NCBI GenBank assembly: GCA_044450645.1 | Contig: JBIOJG010000018.1 | Coordinates: forward strand, 30,825-94,824 | DNA from: Candidatus Binatia bacterium | GTDB lineage: Bacteria > Desulfobacterota > Binatia > HRBIN30 | Reading direction: 5' to 3' | Length of the DNA: 64,000 nt | Shown: positions 19,050 through 28,834 of the stretch, piece by piece | How positions within the stretch are numbered: position 1 is the stretch's first letter | Layout: each line of letters starts with the position of its first letter | Notes under the pieces: model-generated | Seen by the model: the letters and a program-made list of their open reading frames with translations, nothing else | Told to the model about the DNA's origin: nothing | Databases searched by the model: none | Made by a program: the position numbers and the translations under genes

Positions 19050-20822
19050 GTGCTTGATCAAACCGGGCTCGTCGATGGGCTTCTGGAGCTCGCTCAGAAT
19101 CTCGGCTCGGATGCAGCCCTCGACGTACGCTTGATGAGCCTGTGTCGCTCGGCAGTGCAGCTGGCCGAGTGCGATCGGAGCAGCATCTACCTTCTGGTCG
19201 GCGAATATTACGAAGAGACGTGCCATTTCGAGAACCCGTCTGACGCCGCACGAAGCTTGGCGCCACAGCGCGTCCATGTCGCGGATCCGCTCATCTCCCG
19301 AGCGGTCCAGAGTCGTAGCTGCGTGACGGTCGAGGACACGGAGCATTGCGTCCTGACAAGCCAGCAGGCAGAAGGGCGTGCCCCATTTGTCGTAGTTGCT
19401 CCCCTGCTCGGCGACGCGCCGGAGGCGCTCGGCTTTTTGACAGTCAAGTACAACCAACACCCGCACGCATTCGATGACACCGTGTCACGACTCGTCGTCG
19501 GCATGGCGAAATTGGCGGCGACTACCGTAGCAGCGGAGCGCCGCAACGGGCAGCGCATCGAGGCGCACGAGCAAGAGGCCCAGGTCGATGCGGCCCTGGC
19601 GAAAGTGGGCCGGCAGTTGATCGTCTCGCTCAATACGCCGGCGCTCCTCGAGCGCCTGTGCCAGGTGACGACGGAAGTGTTGGGCTGCGACTATAGCTGT
19701 ACGCTGCTCTGGCAGCCGCGGGACGACACGTACGTGCCCACGGCCTGCCATGGCGCGACGGCTGAAGAGTGGGAGGCAATCCAGCTGGTGAAGCTTTCCC
19801 ACGACGATATGGCCGACTTCATCGACCGCGTCAGACGGGAGGAGGTGGTCCAGGTGAGCGAGCCGCCGCTCGAGTCGGTCCCAGTGGTGCGCCTGAGCGT
19901 TGAGTATGGCATCTCGGCCAGCCTCCACGTCGCGCTCCGACGCGGGGATGAGATGATCGGCTTCCATTGCGCGGGCTATCGCGGGCGACCGAGAGCCTTC
20001 ACGCCGCAGCAAGAGCGCATCGCGCGCGGCATCGGGCAGCTGGCCTCACTGGCCTTGGAGACCGCCCGTCTCGTGGAGGAGCTGGAACGGGCCAACCGGG
20101 TGAGGTCGGAATTCGTCGCCACCATGTCGCACGAGCTGCGCACGCCGCTCAATATCATCTTAGGCTACAATGATTTGCTGCTCGAGCATGCCTTCGGAGC
20201 ATTGACACCGGAACAGACCGATACACTGCGACGGGCGGACAAGAGCGCACGGGAACTGCTCGATTTGATCAACTCCACCCTTGACCTCAGCCGACTGGAA
20301 GCCGGGCGGATGTCGCTCGATCTGCGCGACACACAATTGGGGGATCTGATCCACGAAATCGACATCGAAACCCGGCGGCTGCAAGAAAAGCCGGGGTTCA
20401 ACTTCGTGTATCATGTCCCCGTCTCGCTGCCGCCGCTGCACACCGACCCGCTCAAGCTGAAGGTGGTGCTCAAGAACCTGGTCGTCAATGCGCTGAAGTT
20501 CACGGATCAGGGCAGCGTCATGGTGGATGTCTTTGCGCGCGACGGCGGGACGGAAGTCTGCATCGCGGACACCGGCATCGGCATGACGCCCGAAACGCAG
20601 TCAATTATTTTCGAGCCGTTTCGCCAGGCCGACGGGTTCAAGACCCGGCGGCAAGGCGGGGTCGGACTCGGACTCTATATCGTGCGGCGCCTCCTGGAGA
20701 TGCTGGGCGGCACGATCTCGGTGGACAGCGAACTGGGGCGTGGCTCGCTTTTTCGAGTGTGGCTTCCCAGCATGCCCGAACCGGGGGACGAACCGAGGGT
20801 CGCCCACCCCGGCGATGCGTAG
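19050..20822 (+). CDS. Cytoplasmic double-GAF sensor histidine kinase
   Basis: Two GAF-like segments; H-box 'MSHELRTPLN', N-box 'NLVVNALKFT', 'DTGIG', 'GVGLGL'. Confidence 0.92.
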   Translation: MLDQTGLVDGLLELAQNLGSDAALDVRLMSLCRSAVQLAECDRSSIYLLVGEYYEETCHFENPSDAARSLAPQRVHVADPLISRAVQSRSCVTVEDTEHCVLTSQQAEGRAPFVVVAPLLGDAPEALGFLTVKYNQHPHAFDDTVSRLVVGMAKLAATTVAAERRNGQRIEAHEQEAQVDAALAKVGRQLIVSLNTPALLERLCQVTTEVLGCDYSCTLLWQPRDDTYVPTACHGATAEEWEAIQLVKLSHDDMADFIDRVRREEVVQVSEPPLESVPVVRLSVEYGISASLHVALRRGDEMIGFHCAGYRGRPRAFTPQQERIARGIGQLASLALETARLVEELERANRVRSEFVATMSHELRTPLNIILGYNDLLLEHAFGALTPEQTDTLRRADKSARELLDLINSTLDLSRLEAGRMSLDLRDTQLGDLIHEIDIETRRLQEKPGFNFVYHVPVSLPPLHTDPLKLKVVLKNLVVNALKFTDQGSVMVDVFARDGGTEVCIADTGIGMTPETQSIIFEPFRQADGFKTRRQGGVGLGLYIVRRLLEMLGGTISVDSELGRGSLFRVWLPSMPEPGDEPRVAHPGDA

Positions 20823-20920
20823 CCTCCGGGTGCGGCCCGCCGACTCCAGCCATTGCCGGCGCCCGGCCAAATCCGTATCAGATTGCGGTTACCCCATCCT
20901 TCGACTAGCGTGAAGTGGCA

Positions 20921-21574
20921 ATGGAGCTGATCGTCCGCGATCTCGGCCGGTGTCCGTACGCCACCGCCTTGGCACTGCAGGAAGATCTCGTCAGCCGCAA
21001 GGTCGCGGGTGATGCTCACGACTATCTCCTGGTGCTCGAGCACGAGCTGGTCTACACCCTGGGACGCGGTGCCAATGCCGCGGATCTGCTCGGCGCCGAT
21101 CGGACACTGGGGATCCCGGCGTTCCGCGTCAGCCGCGGCGGCGGAGTAACCTTCCATGGGCCGGGACAGCTCGTGGCCTATCCGATCCTGACACTGCGCC
21201 ACGCGCGCGACGTGCATCGCTACGTCCATTCTCTTGAAGAGGTGCTGATCCGCGCCTGCGCTGGTTTCGGGCTTGCGGCCGCGCGAAGGGATGGGCTGAC
21301 AGGCGTCTGGGTCGGCGCGGCGAAGATCGCCTCCATCGGTGTCGGTGTGCGCCGCTGGACGACCTTCCACGGTATCGCGTTGAACGTGTCGACCGATATG
21401 CGCTTCTTCGCGCAAATCGTTCCGTGCCGGATGCCCGAGCTACGCCTGACTTCGATGGCGATCGAATTGGGAACGGCTCCACCGATGGCGGACGTACAGG
21501 CTGCGTTCGTCCACGAGTTTCGGTCCGTGTTCGGTTACGCTGACGCGCGGTGTCAGGAAGAGTGCCGCGCATGA
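20921..21574 (+). CDS. lipB: Lipoyl(octanoyl) transferase
   Basis: 'LEHELVYTLGR', 'RGGGVTFHGPGQLVAYPI', 'KIASIG', 'HGIALN'. Confidence 0.93.
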   Translation: MELIVRDLGRCPYATALALQEDLVSRKVAGDAHDYLLVLEHELVYTLGRGANAADLLGADRTLGIPAFRVSRGGGVTFHGPGQLVAYPILTLRHARDVHRYVHSLEEVLIRACAGFGLAAARRDGLTGVWVGAAKIASIGVGVRRWTTFHGIALNVSTDMRFFAQIVPCRMPELRLTSMAIELGTAPPMADVQAAFVHEFRSVFGYADARCQEECRA

Positions 21575-22425
21575 CGGTGGTCCGCCGGCATCCCGAATGG
21601 ATCAAAGTGAAGGCGCCGCAGGGGGAGGCGTTCTTCGAGACCAAGCGTCTGGTGAAGGACTTACGGCTGCACACCGTCTGTGAAGAAGCGCATTGTCCGA
21701 ACGTCGGCGAATGCTGGGGGCACAGGACAGCCACCTTCATGTTGCTCGGCGACGTCTGTACGCGCAACTGCGCTTTCTGCGCCGTGGCCCACGGCCAACC
21801 GACCGCCGTCGACCCCAACGAGCCGCAGCGCGTCGCCGAAGGGGTGGTCCGCTTAGGGTTGCGACACGTCGTCGTGACGTCGGTCGACCGTGATGACCTG
21901 CCCGACGGTGGCGCCGGGCATTTCGCACGTACGGCAGCGGCCATCAAGAAGCGGGTGCCGGACTGCACCGTCGAGGTGCTGGTACCCGACTTCAAGGGTG
22001 ATGTGGCCGCGGTGGAGACCGTGGTTGACGCACCGGTCGACATTTTCAATCACAACACCGAGACCGTGCCCCGCCTGTACAAACGCGTGCGGCCCGGGTC
22101 CAAATATGATCGGTCCCTCCATCTGTTGCGTCACGCCAAGGAACACCGTCCCGAACTGTTGACGAAGACAGGATTGATGCTGGGACTGGGCGAAGAATTT
22201 GACGAACTACGCACCGTCTTCGCCGACATCGCCGCCACCGGCTGCAATATCCTCACTCTAGGACAGTACCTGCGGCCTTCTTCCTCACAGCTGGCGGTGG
22301 AGCGTTACTTGTCGCCGACCGAGTTCTCAGTCTTACGCGAAGAGGCCCTTCGCTTCGGCTTCCACCACGTGGAATCAGGCCCCTTAGTGCGCAGCTCTTA
22401 TCACGCCTGGCAGCACGTGGCCTGA
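21571..22425 (+). CDS. lipA: Lipoyl synthase (radical SAM)
   Basis: 'TVCEEAHCPNVGECW', 'CTRNCAFC', 'VRSSYHA'. Confidence 0.96.
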   Translation: MTVVRRHPEWIKVKAPQGEAFFETKRLVKDLRLHTVCEEAHCPNVGECWGHRTATFMLLGDVCTRNCAFCAVAHGQPTAVDPNEPQRVAEGVVRLGLRHVVVTSVDRDDLPDGGAGHFARTAAAIKKRVPDCTVEVLVPDFKGDVAAVETVVDAPVDIFNHNTETVPRLYKRVRPGSKYDRSLHLLRHAKEHRPELLTKTGLMLGLGEEFDELRTVFADIAATGCNILTLGQYLRPSSSQLAVERYLSPTEFSVLREEALRFGFHHVESGPLVRSSYHAWQHVA

Positions 22426-22572
22426 CCACCCCGGCACATCACATCGTGCCGGGAAGCGCAGTTTTGCACCGGTTTTGAGCCGGTCTTGGTGGACACGCCC
22501 TGGGTTTTCTGCGATGGTGAGTGTCGCAAAACTGAGGGTCTTCAAGGGAAAAAAGGGGAGGCAAGACTAGAG

Positions 22573-23178
22573 ATGATCAGACTATATGACTACCCGGATT
22601 GCCCCTTCTGTCAAAAAGTGCGGGTGGTTTTGGCAGAGAAGGACCTGGAGTACGAGCGCGTGCACGTGGATTTGCACAAGGGAGAGCAAAGGGCGCCTGA
22701 ATTTCTCAAATTGAACCCTTACGGCAAGGTACCGGTGTTGATCGACGAAGACGTCGTCATTTACGACTCCACGATCATCAATGAATATTTGGACGAAGAG
22801 TACCCCAACGCGCCCCTCATGCCCGAAGATTCCGCCGGTCGCGCACGGGTGCGGCTGTTGGAGGACTTTGCGGACAATTCCTTCACGCCTCCCGCCGGTA
22901 TGATCCTGACCGAATTGCACAAACCCGAAGGGGAACGAGACGCTGAAAAAATCCGCAAGTACCAGAGCGAAATCACTCGGATTCTCACGCGTTTAGAGGC
23001 CAGTTTGGATGGAAAACAACACCTTGCGGGTGAGTTCTCACTTGCCGATGTGGCTTTCATACCGCGCATCCTCATCCTGAGCCAAATCGGCGTCGAGTTG
23101 GACCCGCGTCTGCACAACGTCGCAGGCTGGATCACGCGGCTGCGCGAGCGCCCGAGCGTCAAGGTTTTCTCACAATAG
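22573..23178 (+). CDS. Glutathione S-transferase family protein
   Basis: 'CPFCQKVR', 'NPYGKVPVL', 'DSTIINEYLDE', 'FSLAD'. Confidence 0.9.
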   Translation: MIRLYDYPDCPFCQKVRVVLAEKDLEYERVHVDLHKGEQRAPEFLKLNPYGKVPVLIDEDVVIYDSTIINEYLDEEYPNAPLMPEDSAGRARVRLLEDFADNSFTPPAGMILTELHKPEGERDAEKIRKYQSEITRILTRLEASLDGKQHLAGEFSLADVAFIPRILILSQIGVELDPRLHNVAGWITRLRERPSVKVFSQ

Positions 23179-23238
23179 CTGTCTCCTTTTTTGTCCCTTA
23201 TGGACTCGACGACTCGAGCCGATGGGATGGTAGCGTCG

Positions 23239-23291
23239 TTGACAGAGAGGAACGCTTCCGGCATGTTCTTACTTAACAGGAACGTTTCCTG
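23239..23291 (+). promoter_or_regulatory. Promoter/operator of rubrerythrin operon (candidate Fur/PerR-family boxes)
   Basis: TTGACA at 23239; AGGAACGCTTCC (23248) and near-palindrome CAGGAACGTTTCCTG (23277-23291). Confidence 0.45.
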
Positions 23292-23318
23292 ATAACGTTA
23301 ACCAAAGGGAGGACCATC

Positions 23319-23747
23319 ATGGCTAAGAGTTTGAAGAGCACCAAGACGCACGAGAATCTGAAGAACGCCTTCGCCGGCGAATCGCAGGCGAACCGGCGTT
23401 ATCTGTACTTCGCGCGCCGCGCCGATATCGAAGGGTACCCCGACGTCGGCGGCTTGTTCCGGGATACGTCGGAAGCCGAAACCGGCCACGCCTTCGGCCA
23501 TCTCGATTTCCTTAAGGAAGTGGGCGATCCGTGTACGGGAGTGCCCATCGGTAGCACGGAGAACAATCTCAAGTCCGCAGTGGAAGGCGAAACCTACGAG
23601 TACACCGAGATGTACCCCGGGTTTGCCAAGACGGCGCGCACGGAGGGCTTCGAAGAAATCGCCGAATGGTTCGAGACGCTGGCGCGGGCCGAGAAATCGC
23701 ACGCCGGACGCTTCACCAAGGGTCTCGAAGGACTCGCAAAGTTATAG
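23319..23747 (+). CDS. rbr: Rubrerythrin (short type, no rubredoxin domain)
   Basis: '[12 protein letters not shown]', 'ETGHAFGH', '[14 protein letters not shown]', 'AEKSHA'. Confidence 0.93.
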   Translation: MAKSLKSTKTHENLKNAFAGESQANRRYLYFARRADIEGYPDVGGLFRDTSEAETGHAFGHLDFLKEVGDPCTGVPIGSTENNLKSAVEGETYEYTEMYPGFAKTARTEGFEEIAEWFETLARAEKSHAGRFTKGLEGLAKL

Positions 23748-23870
23748 TCAGCCTCGCTGACTCCGTGTTCTGGATCACCAGCGGCGTGAGGCTTCCGCCG
23801 CTGGACGCCAGCGAAGAGCGCACTCAGACGGACCACGGCGGGGTCGGCGGGAGCCGACCCCTACAGTCCC

Positions 23871-25151
23871 ATGGCATTCAACTTCGATTTTGATTCACCG
23901 GCATTCTGGGACCCTGCGGAACTCGACAAGGAGATCCACCGGGTCTTTGACATCTGCCAGAACTGTCGGCGGTGCTACAATCTCTGCCCGTCGTTCAACA
24001 CGTTGCTCGACGGCATCGACGAGCACGATGGCGACGTCAACCAGCTCCCCCCCGCGACCATTCGTACCGTCGTCGACCAGTGCTTCCAGTGCAAGCTGTG
24101 CGATCCGCATTGCCCCTATGTACCGCCGCACCATTGGGAGGTGGACTTCCCGCGGCTGATGTTGCGCTCCCGAGCCGCCCGCGTGCGGGTCGACGGCGTG
24201 ACGCGACAAGATCGCATGCTCGGGGAGCCCGAACGCCTGGGGGCCATGGCTTCACACGTCCCGGGGCTGGCCAATTGGGCCAACCGCAATCGCGTGTTCC
24301 GGACGGTGATGGAAAAGGCCGTGGGGGTGCACCGCGACTTCAACTTGCCGGACTATGCGTCCGAGCCCTTCGCCCGTTGGTTCGCACGTCATGCCGCGGC
24401 TCGCGGTGGAATGACCGAAGGGAGCAACGGCAAGGTGGCGTTCTTCTACACCTGCTCCGTGAACTACAACGTCCCAGACGTTGGCATTGCCACCGTTCAG
24501 GTCCTGGAACACAACAACATCGCGGTGATCTGTCCCGAGCAGGTCTGCTGCGGTATGCCCAACCTTGACGGCGGTGACGTCGCCGCGGCGCGGCACAAAG
24601 CCGAGCAGAACGTCCGCAGCCTCGCGGCGGCGGTGGACGCCGGGTACGACATCGTCGTTCCCGGGCCGACGTGTTCCTACACCCTCAAGCGCGAGTATCC
24701 GTATCTGGTCAAGCGTGACGCCGCGCGTACGGTGGCGGAACACACCTTCGACGTGTGCGAGTATCTGATACGTCTCAAGCAACAGAACCGGCTCAACCTC
24801 CAGTTCGTCCGCGGCGCCGGAAAGATCGCGTATCACCTCCCCTGCCACCTCCGTGTGCAGAACATCGGCTTCAAGTCGCGCGACCTCTTGAAACTCTTGC
24901 CGGACACCACGGTGGAAATGGTGGAGAAATGCTCCGGCGTGGACGGCACGTGGGGCATGAAGCGGGAGTACTATGAAATGTCGCTGAAGGTAGCGCGCGG
25001 CTTGTTCCGCGGCCTGGAGCAGGCGGAGGCGGCAATGACCGTCTCCGACTGTCCATTGGCTGCGTTGCAGATCGCAGGCCACGAGAAGCGCCCACCGCTG
25101 CACCCAGTGCAGGTCGTCCGCTCCGCTTACGGCCTGGAGCCCGCGCAATGA
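23871..25151 (+). CDS. Fe-S oxidoreductase (GlpC/HdrD-like, CCG domains), rubrerythrin-associated
   Basis: 'CQNCRRCYNLC', 'CFQCKLCDPHCPY', 'CCGMP', 'CSGVDGTWG'. Confidence 0.88.
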   Translation: MAFNFDFDSPAFWDPAELDKEIHRVFDICQNCRRCYNLCPSFNTLLDGIDEHDGDVNQLPPATIRTVVDQCFQCKLCDPHCPYVPPHHWEVDFPRLMLRSRAARVRVDGVTRQDRMLGEPERLGAMASHVPGLANWANRNRVFRTVMEKAVGVHRDFNLPDYASEPFARWFARHAAARGGMTEGSNGKVAFFYTCSVNYNVPDVGIATVQVLEHNNIAVICPEQVCCGMPNLDGGDVAAARHKAEQNVRSLAAAVDAGYDIVVPGPTCSYTLKREYPYLVKRDAARTVAEHTFDVCEYLIRLKQQNRLNLQFVRGAGKIAYHLPCHLRVQNIGFKSRDLLKLLPDTTVEMVEKCSGVDGTWGMKREYYEMSLKVARGLFRGLEQAEAAMTVSDCPLAALQIAGHEKRPPLHPVQVVRSAYGLEPAQ

Positions 25152-25744
25152 ACAAGGTCACCCTCGACGAGATCCTTGGCCTGGAGCGTTACGAGCAGAT
25201 CCGGCCGGAGTTTCGGCAGCGCCTTATTGAGATGAAAAAGGACCGCCGGGTAGCGGTGGGAGATCGGGTGACGTTCGTGTTCGAGAACCACGACACCATG
25301 CTCTTTCAGGTGCAGGAGATGGTGCGTGCCGAACACCTCGTCGACCTGGATCGCATTCGGGACGAGATCGATGTCTACAACGCCCTCGTCCCGGCCGGCG
25401 ACGAACTGAGCGCCACCATGCTGATCGAGATCACCGAGTCCGATCGTATCCGTGAAGAGCTGGTCCAGCTCATTGGCATCGACGAGGCCGTGCATCTGGA
25501 GATCGGCGACCCACCGAGAGGCGGTTTCACCGTACACGGGGAATTCGAGGCCGGTCGCAGTAAAGCCGACAAACTCAGTGCCGTGCAGTACGTGCGCTTC
25601 CACTTCGACGCCCCGGCGCGCAAGGCCTTCATCGACGGGACCCAACCGGTGCGGCTGGTCATCGACCATCCCAACTACCGGCACAGCGCCGCAATCGACG
25701 GCGCCGTGCGCCAATCGTTGGCGCGCGATCTGGAGGCGGCGTGA
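25148..25744 (+). CDS. DUF3501 family protein
   Basis: 'FENHDTMLFQVQEMVRAE', 'ELSATMLIE', 'SAVQYVRF'; known rbr-oxidoreductase-DUF3501 context. Confidence 0.88.
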   Translation: MNKVTLDEILGLERYEQIRPEFRQRLIEMKKDRRVAVGDRVTFVFENHDTMLFQVQEMVRAEHLVDLDRIRDEIDVYNALVPAGDELSATMLIEITESDRIREELVQLIGIDEAVHLEIGDPPRGGFTVHGEFEAGRSKADKLSAVQYVRFHFDAPARKAFIDGTQPVRLVIDHPNYRHSAAIDGAVRQSLARDLEAA

Positions 25745-26151
25745 AGACGCGTCGCACCCGCCAACTCGCCACCATCTGCGACGTCGTCAGTGCGGCCCAC
25801 GATCATCCCACCGCTGAAGAAGTCTACGCACGGGTGCGCCGGCGCCTGCCGCGCATCAGCCTGGGCACGGTGTACCGTAATCTGCAAAAGTTGGCCGAGC
25901 AGCAGCAGCTTCGTGTCGTTCACCTGGCACATCGGCCGGCACGGTACGACGGCATGCTGCAGGGCCACGACCATTTCTTGTGCGAGCGTTGCGGCATGGT
26001 GGCCGACCTGGCGCAGGCGGTTGAGGCGCGGCCAGAGTGCTCTGGACTCAGCCAGTCGGGCTACCAGGTGCGCGCACACGCCCTGACCTTCTATGGTCTC
26101 TGCCCGGAATGTCGCCGGGTCAAAGGGAAGCCACACCTGGCCGGGCATTAA
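25741..26151 (+). CDS. Fur/PerR family transcriptional repressor
   Basis: 'HPTAEEVY', 'ISLGTVYRNL', 'HDHFLCERCG', 'GLCPEC'. Confidence 0.9.
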   Translation: MKTRRTRQLATICDVVSAAHDHPTAEEVYARVRRRLPRISLGTVYRNLQKLAEQQQLRVVHLAHRPARYDGMLQGHDHFLCERCGMVADLAQAVEARPECSGLSQSGYQVRAHALTFYGLCPECRRVKGKPHLAGH

Positions 26152-26272
26152 ACGGCGGGAATGCCTGACATCTTGACCCTTGACAGAAAAACTGGTTCAT
26201 TTCTCTCAGTAAGCACCCGAAACGGCCGACGACCCTAAGTGTCCGCCGCAGACTGCACACAAGGAGGGACCC

Positions 26273-26971
26273 ATGCTTGAAGGGAATCTGGGCCTCATGA
26301 TCCTGCGTTGGTTGCACTTCCTCTTTGGCATCACCTGGATCGGCCTGCTGTACTATTTCAATTTCATCCAAGGCCCGTTCTTTGCGGAAACGGATGCCGC
26401 AACCAAGAGTGCGGCGACGCAGAAGCTGGTACCGCGGGCACTGTGGTGGTTTCGCTGGGGCGCGATGGGTACCTTTATCGTCGGCCTGATGATCCTGCTG
26501 AACAACTGGGCGGTGACCGGTGGCGGCTTCGTTCCGTCGTCCTACGGCACGGCAATCCTCACCGGCGGTATTCTCGGCACGATCATGTTTTTAAACGTGT
26601 GGCTGGTGATCTGGCCGAACCAGAAGGTGGTGATTGCCTCCGCAGTGGCCGTTGCCGGGGGCGGCCAGGCTGATCCTGGCGCCGGCCCCGCCGGGCGACG
26701 CGCCTTCCTGGCCTCGCGCACTAACACCATGTTTTCCATTCCCATGCTCTTCTTCATGGGAGCGGCGCGTCACTACCCCCATTTCTCCCAGTCAACGGGG
26801 GGCGTGGTCGCGTGGATTGTCCTTTGTGGCGGTATCGTCGCGGTCCTCGAGTACAACGCGCTCGTCGGCACACAGGGCCCCATGAAGAAGCCGCTGGAAA
26901 CCATTTCCAGCGTCATTCACGCGGGCATCGTGCTCACGGTGGTGCTGTTCTTGATTCTCAGATTCCTCTAG
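26273..26971 (+). CDS. Urate-oxidase N-terminal (PuuD-like) membrane protein, no fused cytochrome c
   Basis: 'RWLHFLFGITWIGLLYYFN', 'LWWFRWGA', 'NVWLVIWPNQK', 'SRTNTMFSIPML'. Confidence 0.8.
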   Translation: MLEGNLGLMILRWLHFLFGITWIGLLYYFNFIQGPFFAETDAATKSAATQKLVPRALWWFRWGAMGTFIVGLMILLNNWAVTGGGFVPSSYGTAILTGGILGTIMFLNVWLVIWPNQKVVIASAVAVAGGGQADPGAGPAGRRAFLASRTNTMFSIPMLFFMGAARHYPHFSQSTGGVVAWIVLCGGIVAVLEYNALVGTQGPMKKPLETISSVIHAGIVLTVVLFLILRFL

Positions 26972-26995
26972 CGGAGGATCGAGGCGCTGAAGCGG

Positions 26996-27346
26996 TCAAT
27001 GATCCTTCTTGACGGCCTCAGCGAGAAATGCCGTGAGATCGTCGACCTTGGAGGCAAGCAGCGGCTGCGCCGGCATGGCGTGCGTCGTGCGTTGCGGGCT
27101 ATAGCCAGGCGGGTACGCGGCACGTACGACACGCGCCTCCACCAACTCGCGTGAGGATCCCGCAATCGCCGGCCCTTGACTACCGGGCTGGGTCGGATCG
27201 GGATTGTGACAGATGATGCAGTTGGCCAGGTACACTCGACGTCCGCGCTCGGCAGGAGTCAACGGTTTGGACTCCGAGCACGCGGCAAGCTGCAGCATCC
27301 ACACAGAGGCCAGCACCACCGCAGCGTCCTTCGATTTGGCTTTCAC
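26996..27346 (-). CDS. Monoheme cytochrome c lipoprotein
   Basis: Lipobox 'LAAC'; heme motif 'CIICH'; distal 'HAMP'; GGAG RBS before GTG. Confidence 0.82.
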   Translation of the reverse strand: MKAKSKDAAVVLASVWMLQLAACSESKPLTPAERGRRVYLANCIICHNPDPTQPGSQGPAIAGSSRELVEARVVRAAYPPGYSPQRTTHAMPAQPLLASKVDDLTAFLAEAVKKDH

Positions 27347-27390
27347 CCCCCCTCTCCTTCCCCCGGCGCCCCTGCCCTGTTGCGACTTTC

Positions 27391-27520
27391 TCAGTTCAGC
27401 TGTGCGCGGGCCTCGGCTAGTTCCCGCTGTGCATAGGCGTAGTCTGGCTTGATTGAAAGCGCTGTTTCGAGTTCCTCGATGGCTTTCCGCAGCAGCCCTT
27501 TGGCTCGATACACCAGTTCG
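27391..27520 (-). pseudogene. TPR-repeat remnant
   Basis: 'LVYRAKGLLRKAIEELETALSIKPDYAYAQRELA' is a single TPR with no credible 5' part. Confidence 0.45.
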
Positions 27521-27592
27521 AGCGCGGGGCGCTTTCGACTCTCGAAGTCCACGCACTGTATTGTTATGGAGGCAGCGAAGGGGATCAAGCAC

Positions 27593-28030
27593 ATGCCACG
27601 ATTGGCGATCGCAGGTATCCTGTGGACGATTACGGGTTGCGCTGCCGTACCGCATCTGATTCTGCCAAACGGCCAGGTTGCCAACCGCACCGCGGTCAGC
27701 GCGATGCTCGCCGCCCACCCGCTACCGCCCGGTGACAATATCAGCGCGTCGTTGCTCGGGCGCACGGCATCTTTGAGCTATCACCTGATTCAAATCCGCG
27801 ACCGTGAGCCGCCGCACCTGCACGCCGCTCATGATCTGGCGGTCACCGTCTTGCGCGGCACCGGACGCCTGTACGTCGCCGGGGAGCCCCACGACATGCG
27901 TACAGGCGATGTCGCGGTCATCGCGCATGGAACGCCCCATTACTTTGTGAACTCCGGCAGTGAGCCGGCAGTAGCATTCGCCGTCTTTGCACCGCCCTAC
28001 GATGGGAAAGACCAGGTGCCGATGGAGTGA
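27593..28030 (+). CDS. Cupin-domain lipoprotein
   Basis: 'ITGC' lipobox; 'PHLHAAHD', 'GDVAVIAHGTPHYF'. Confidence 0.8.
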   Translation: MPRLAIAGILWTITGCAAVPHLILPNGQVANRTAVSAMLAAHPLPPGDNISASLLGRTASLSYHLIQIRDREPPHLHAAHDLAVTVLRGTGRLYVAGEPHDMRTGDVAVIAHGTPHYFVNSGSEPAVAFAVFAPPYDGKDQVPME

Positions 28031-28035
28031 AGGCC

Positions 28036-28124
28036 GCGATGCGTGGCGCGTGATCTGTGATTCAGAGCGGTTTCCGTATGAGCCGCTTCGTTCCGACGAC
28101 TCACGCATCACGGGTCACGCATCA
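28036..28124. repeat. Intergenic inverted heptamer-type repeats
   Basis: GATGCGTG/GCGTGA units mirrored by TCACGCATCACGGGTCACGCATC. Confidence 0.5.
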
Positions 28125-28212
28125 ATTCTTCCCCGCTTTCGGCAACACTGCTAGACTGCCGGTGTGGCGCAACAGGCAAGCGCGGAAGGGGTGGCGGCCT
28201 GGGAGACGACGA

Positions 28213-28830
28213 ATGGCAATCCGCATCAACCGCGTGTATACGCGGACCGGGGACAGGGGAGACACTGGCCTGGTGGGTGGTAAGCGCGTGCCGAAGGACA
28301 GCCTGCGCATCGAAGCGTACGGCACGGTCGACGAGTTGAACTCGGCGGTGGGGCTGGCACGGGTGTTCAATCAGGAAGCTGCACCCAGCAGCGAGCGCGA
28401 TCGCCTGGAAGATATCCTCAAACGCATCCAGAACGGGCTGTTCGATCTTGGCAGCGAACTCGCCACGCCACCCGAGGCGTTTTGCGAAGGCATGTTCCGG
28501 ATGGGGGACGAGGACGTGAAAGCGCTGGAGCAACTGATGGACGCGTGCGAAAAGGACCTCGATCCGCTCAAATCGTTCGTCCTGCCCGGCGGCGGCCGGG
28601 TGAGTGCGTTCTTGCACCAGTGCCGTACGGTGTGCCGGCGTGCAGAGCGGGTTGTCGTGCGGTTGCAGCGCGAAGAAGCCATCGGTGCGGGGCCGATACG
28701 GTATCTGAACCGCCTGAGCGATCTCTTCTTTGTACTCTCGCGCTGGATCGGCAAGCACAGCGGAGAGCACGAATTCCTGTGGGAGCGCGGGTTGCGCTCG
28801 CACAACCGCAAGGTGAAACAGAAAGGATGA
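28213..28830 (+). CDS. ATP:cob(I)alamin adenosyltransferase (PduO/MMAB type)
   Basis: 'VYTRTGDRGDTGL', 'YGTVDELNS', 'FVLPGG', 'RTVCRRAER', 'YLNRLSDLFF'. Confidence 0.93.
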   Translation: MAIRINRVYTRTGDRGDTGLVGGKRVPKDSLRIEAYGTVDELNSAVGLARVFNQEAAPSSERDRLEDILKRIQNGLFDLGSELATPPEAFCEGMFRMGDEDVKALEQLMDACEKDLDPLKSFVLPGGGRVSAFLHQCRTVCRRAERVVVRLQREEAIGAGPIRYLNRLSDLFFVLSRWIGKHSGEHEFLWERGLRSHNRKVKQKG

Positions 28831-28834
28831 GCGG

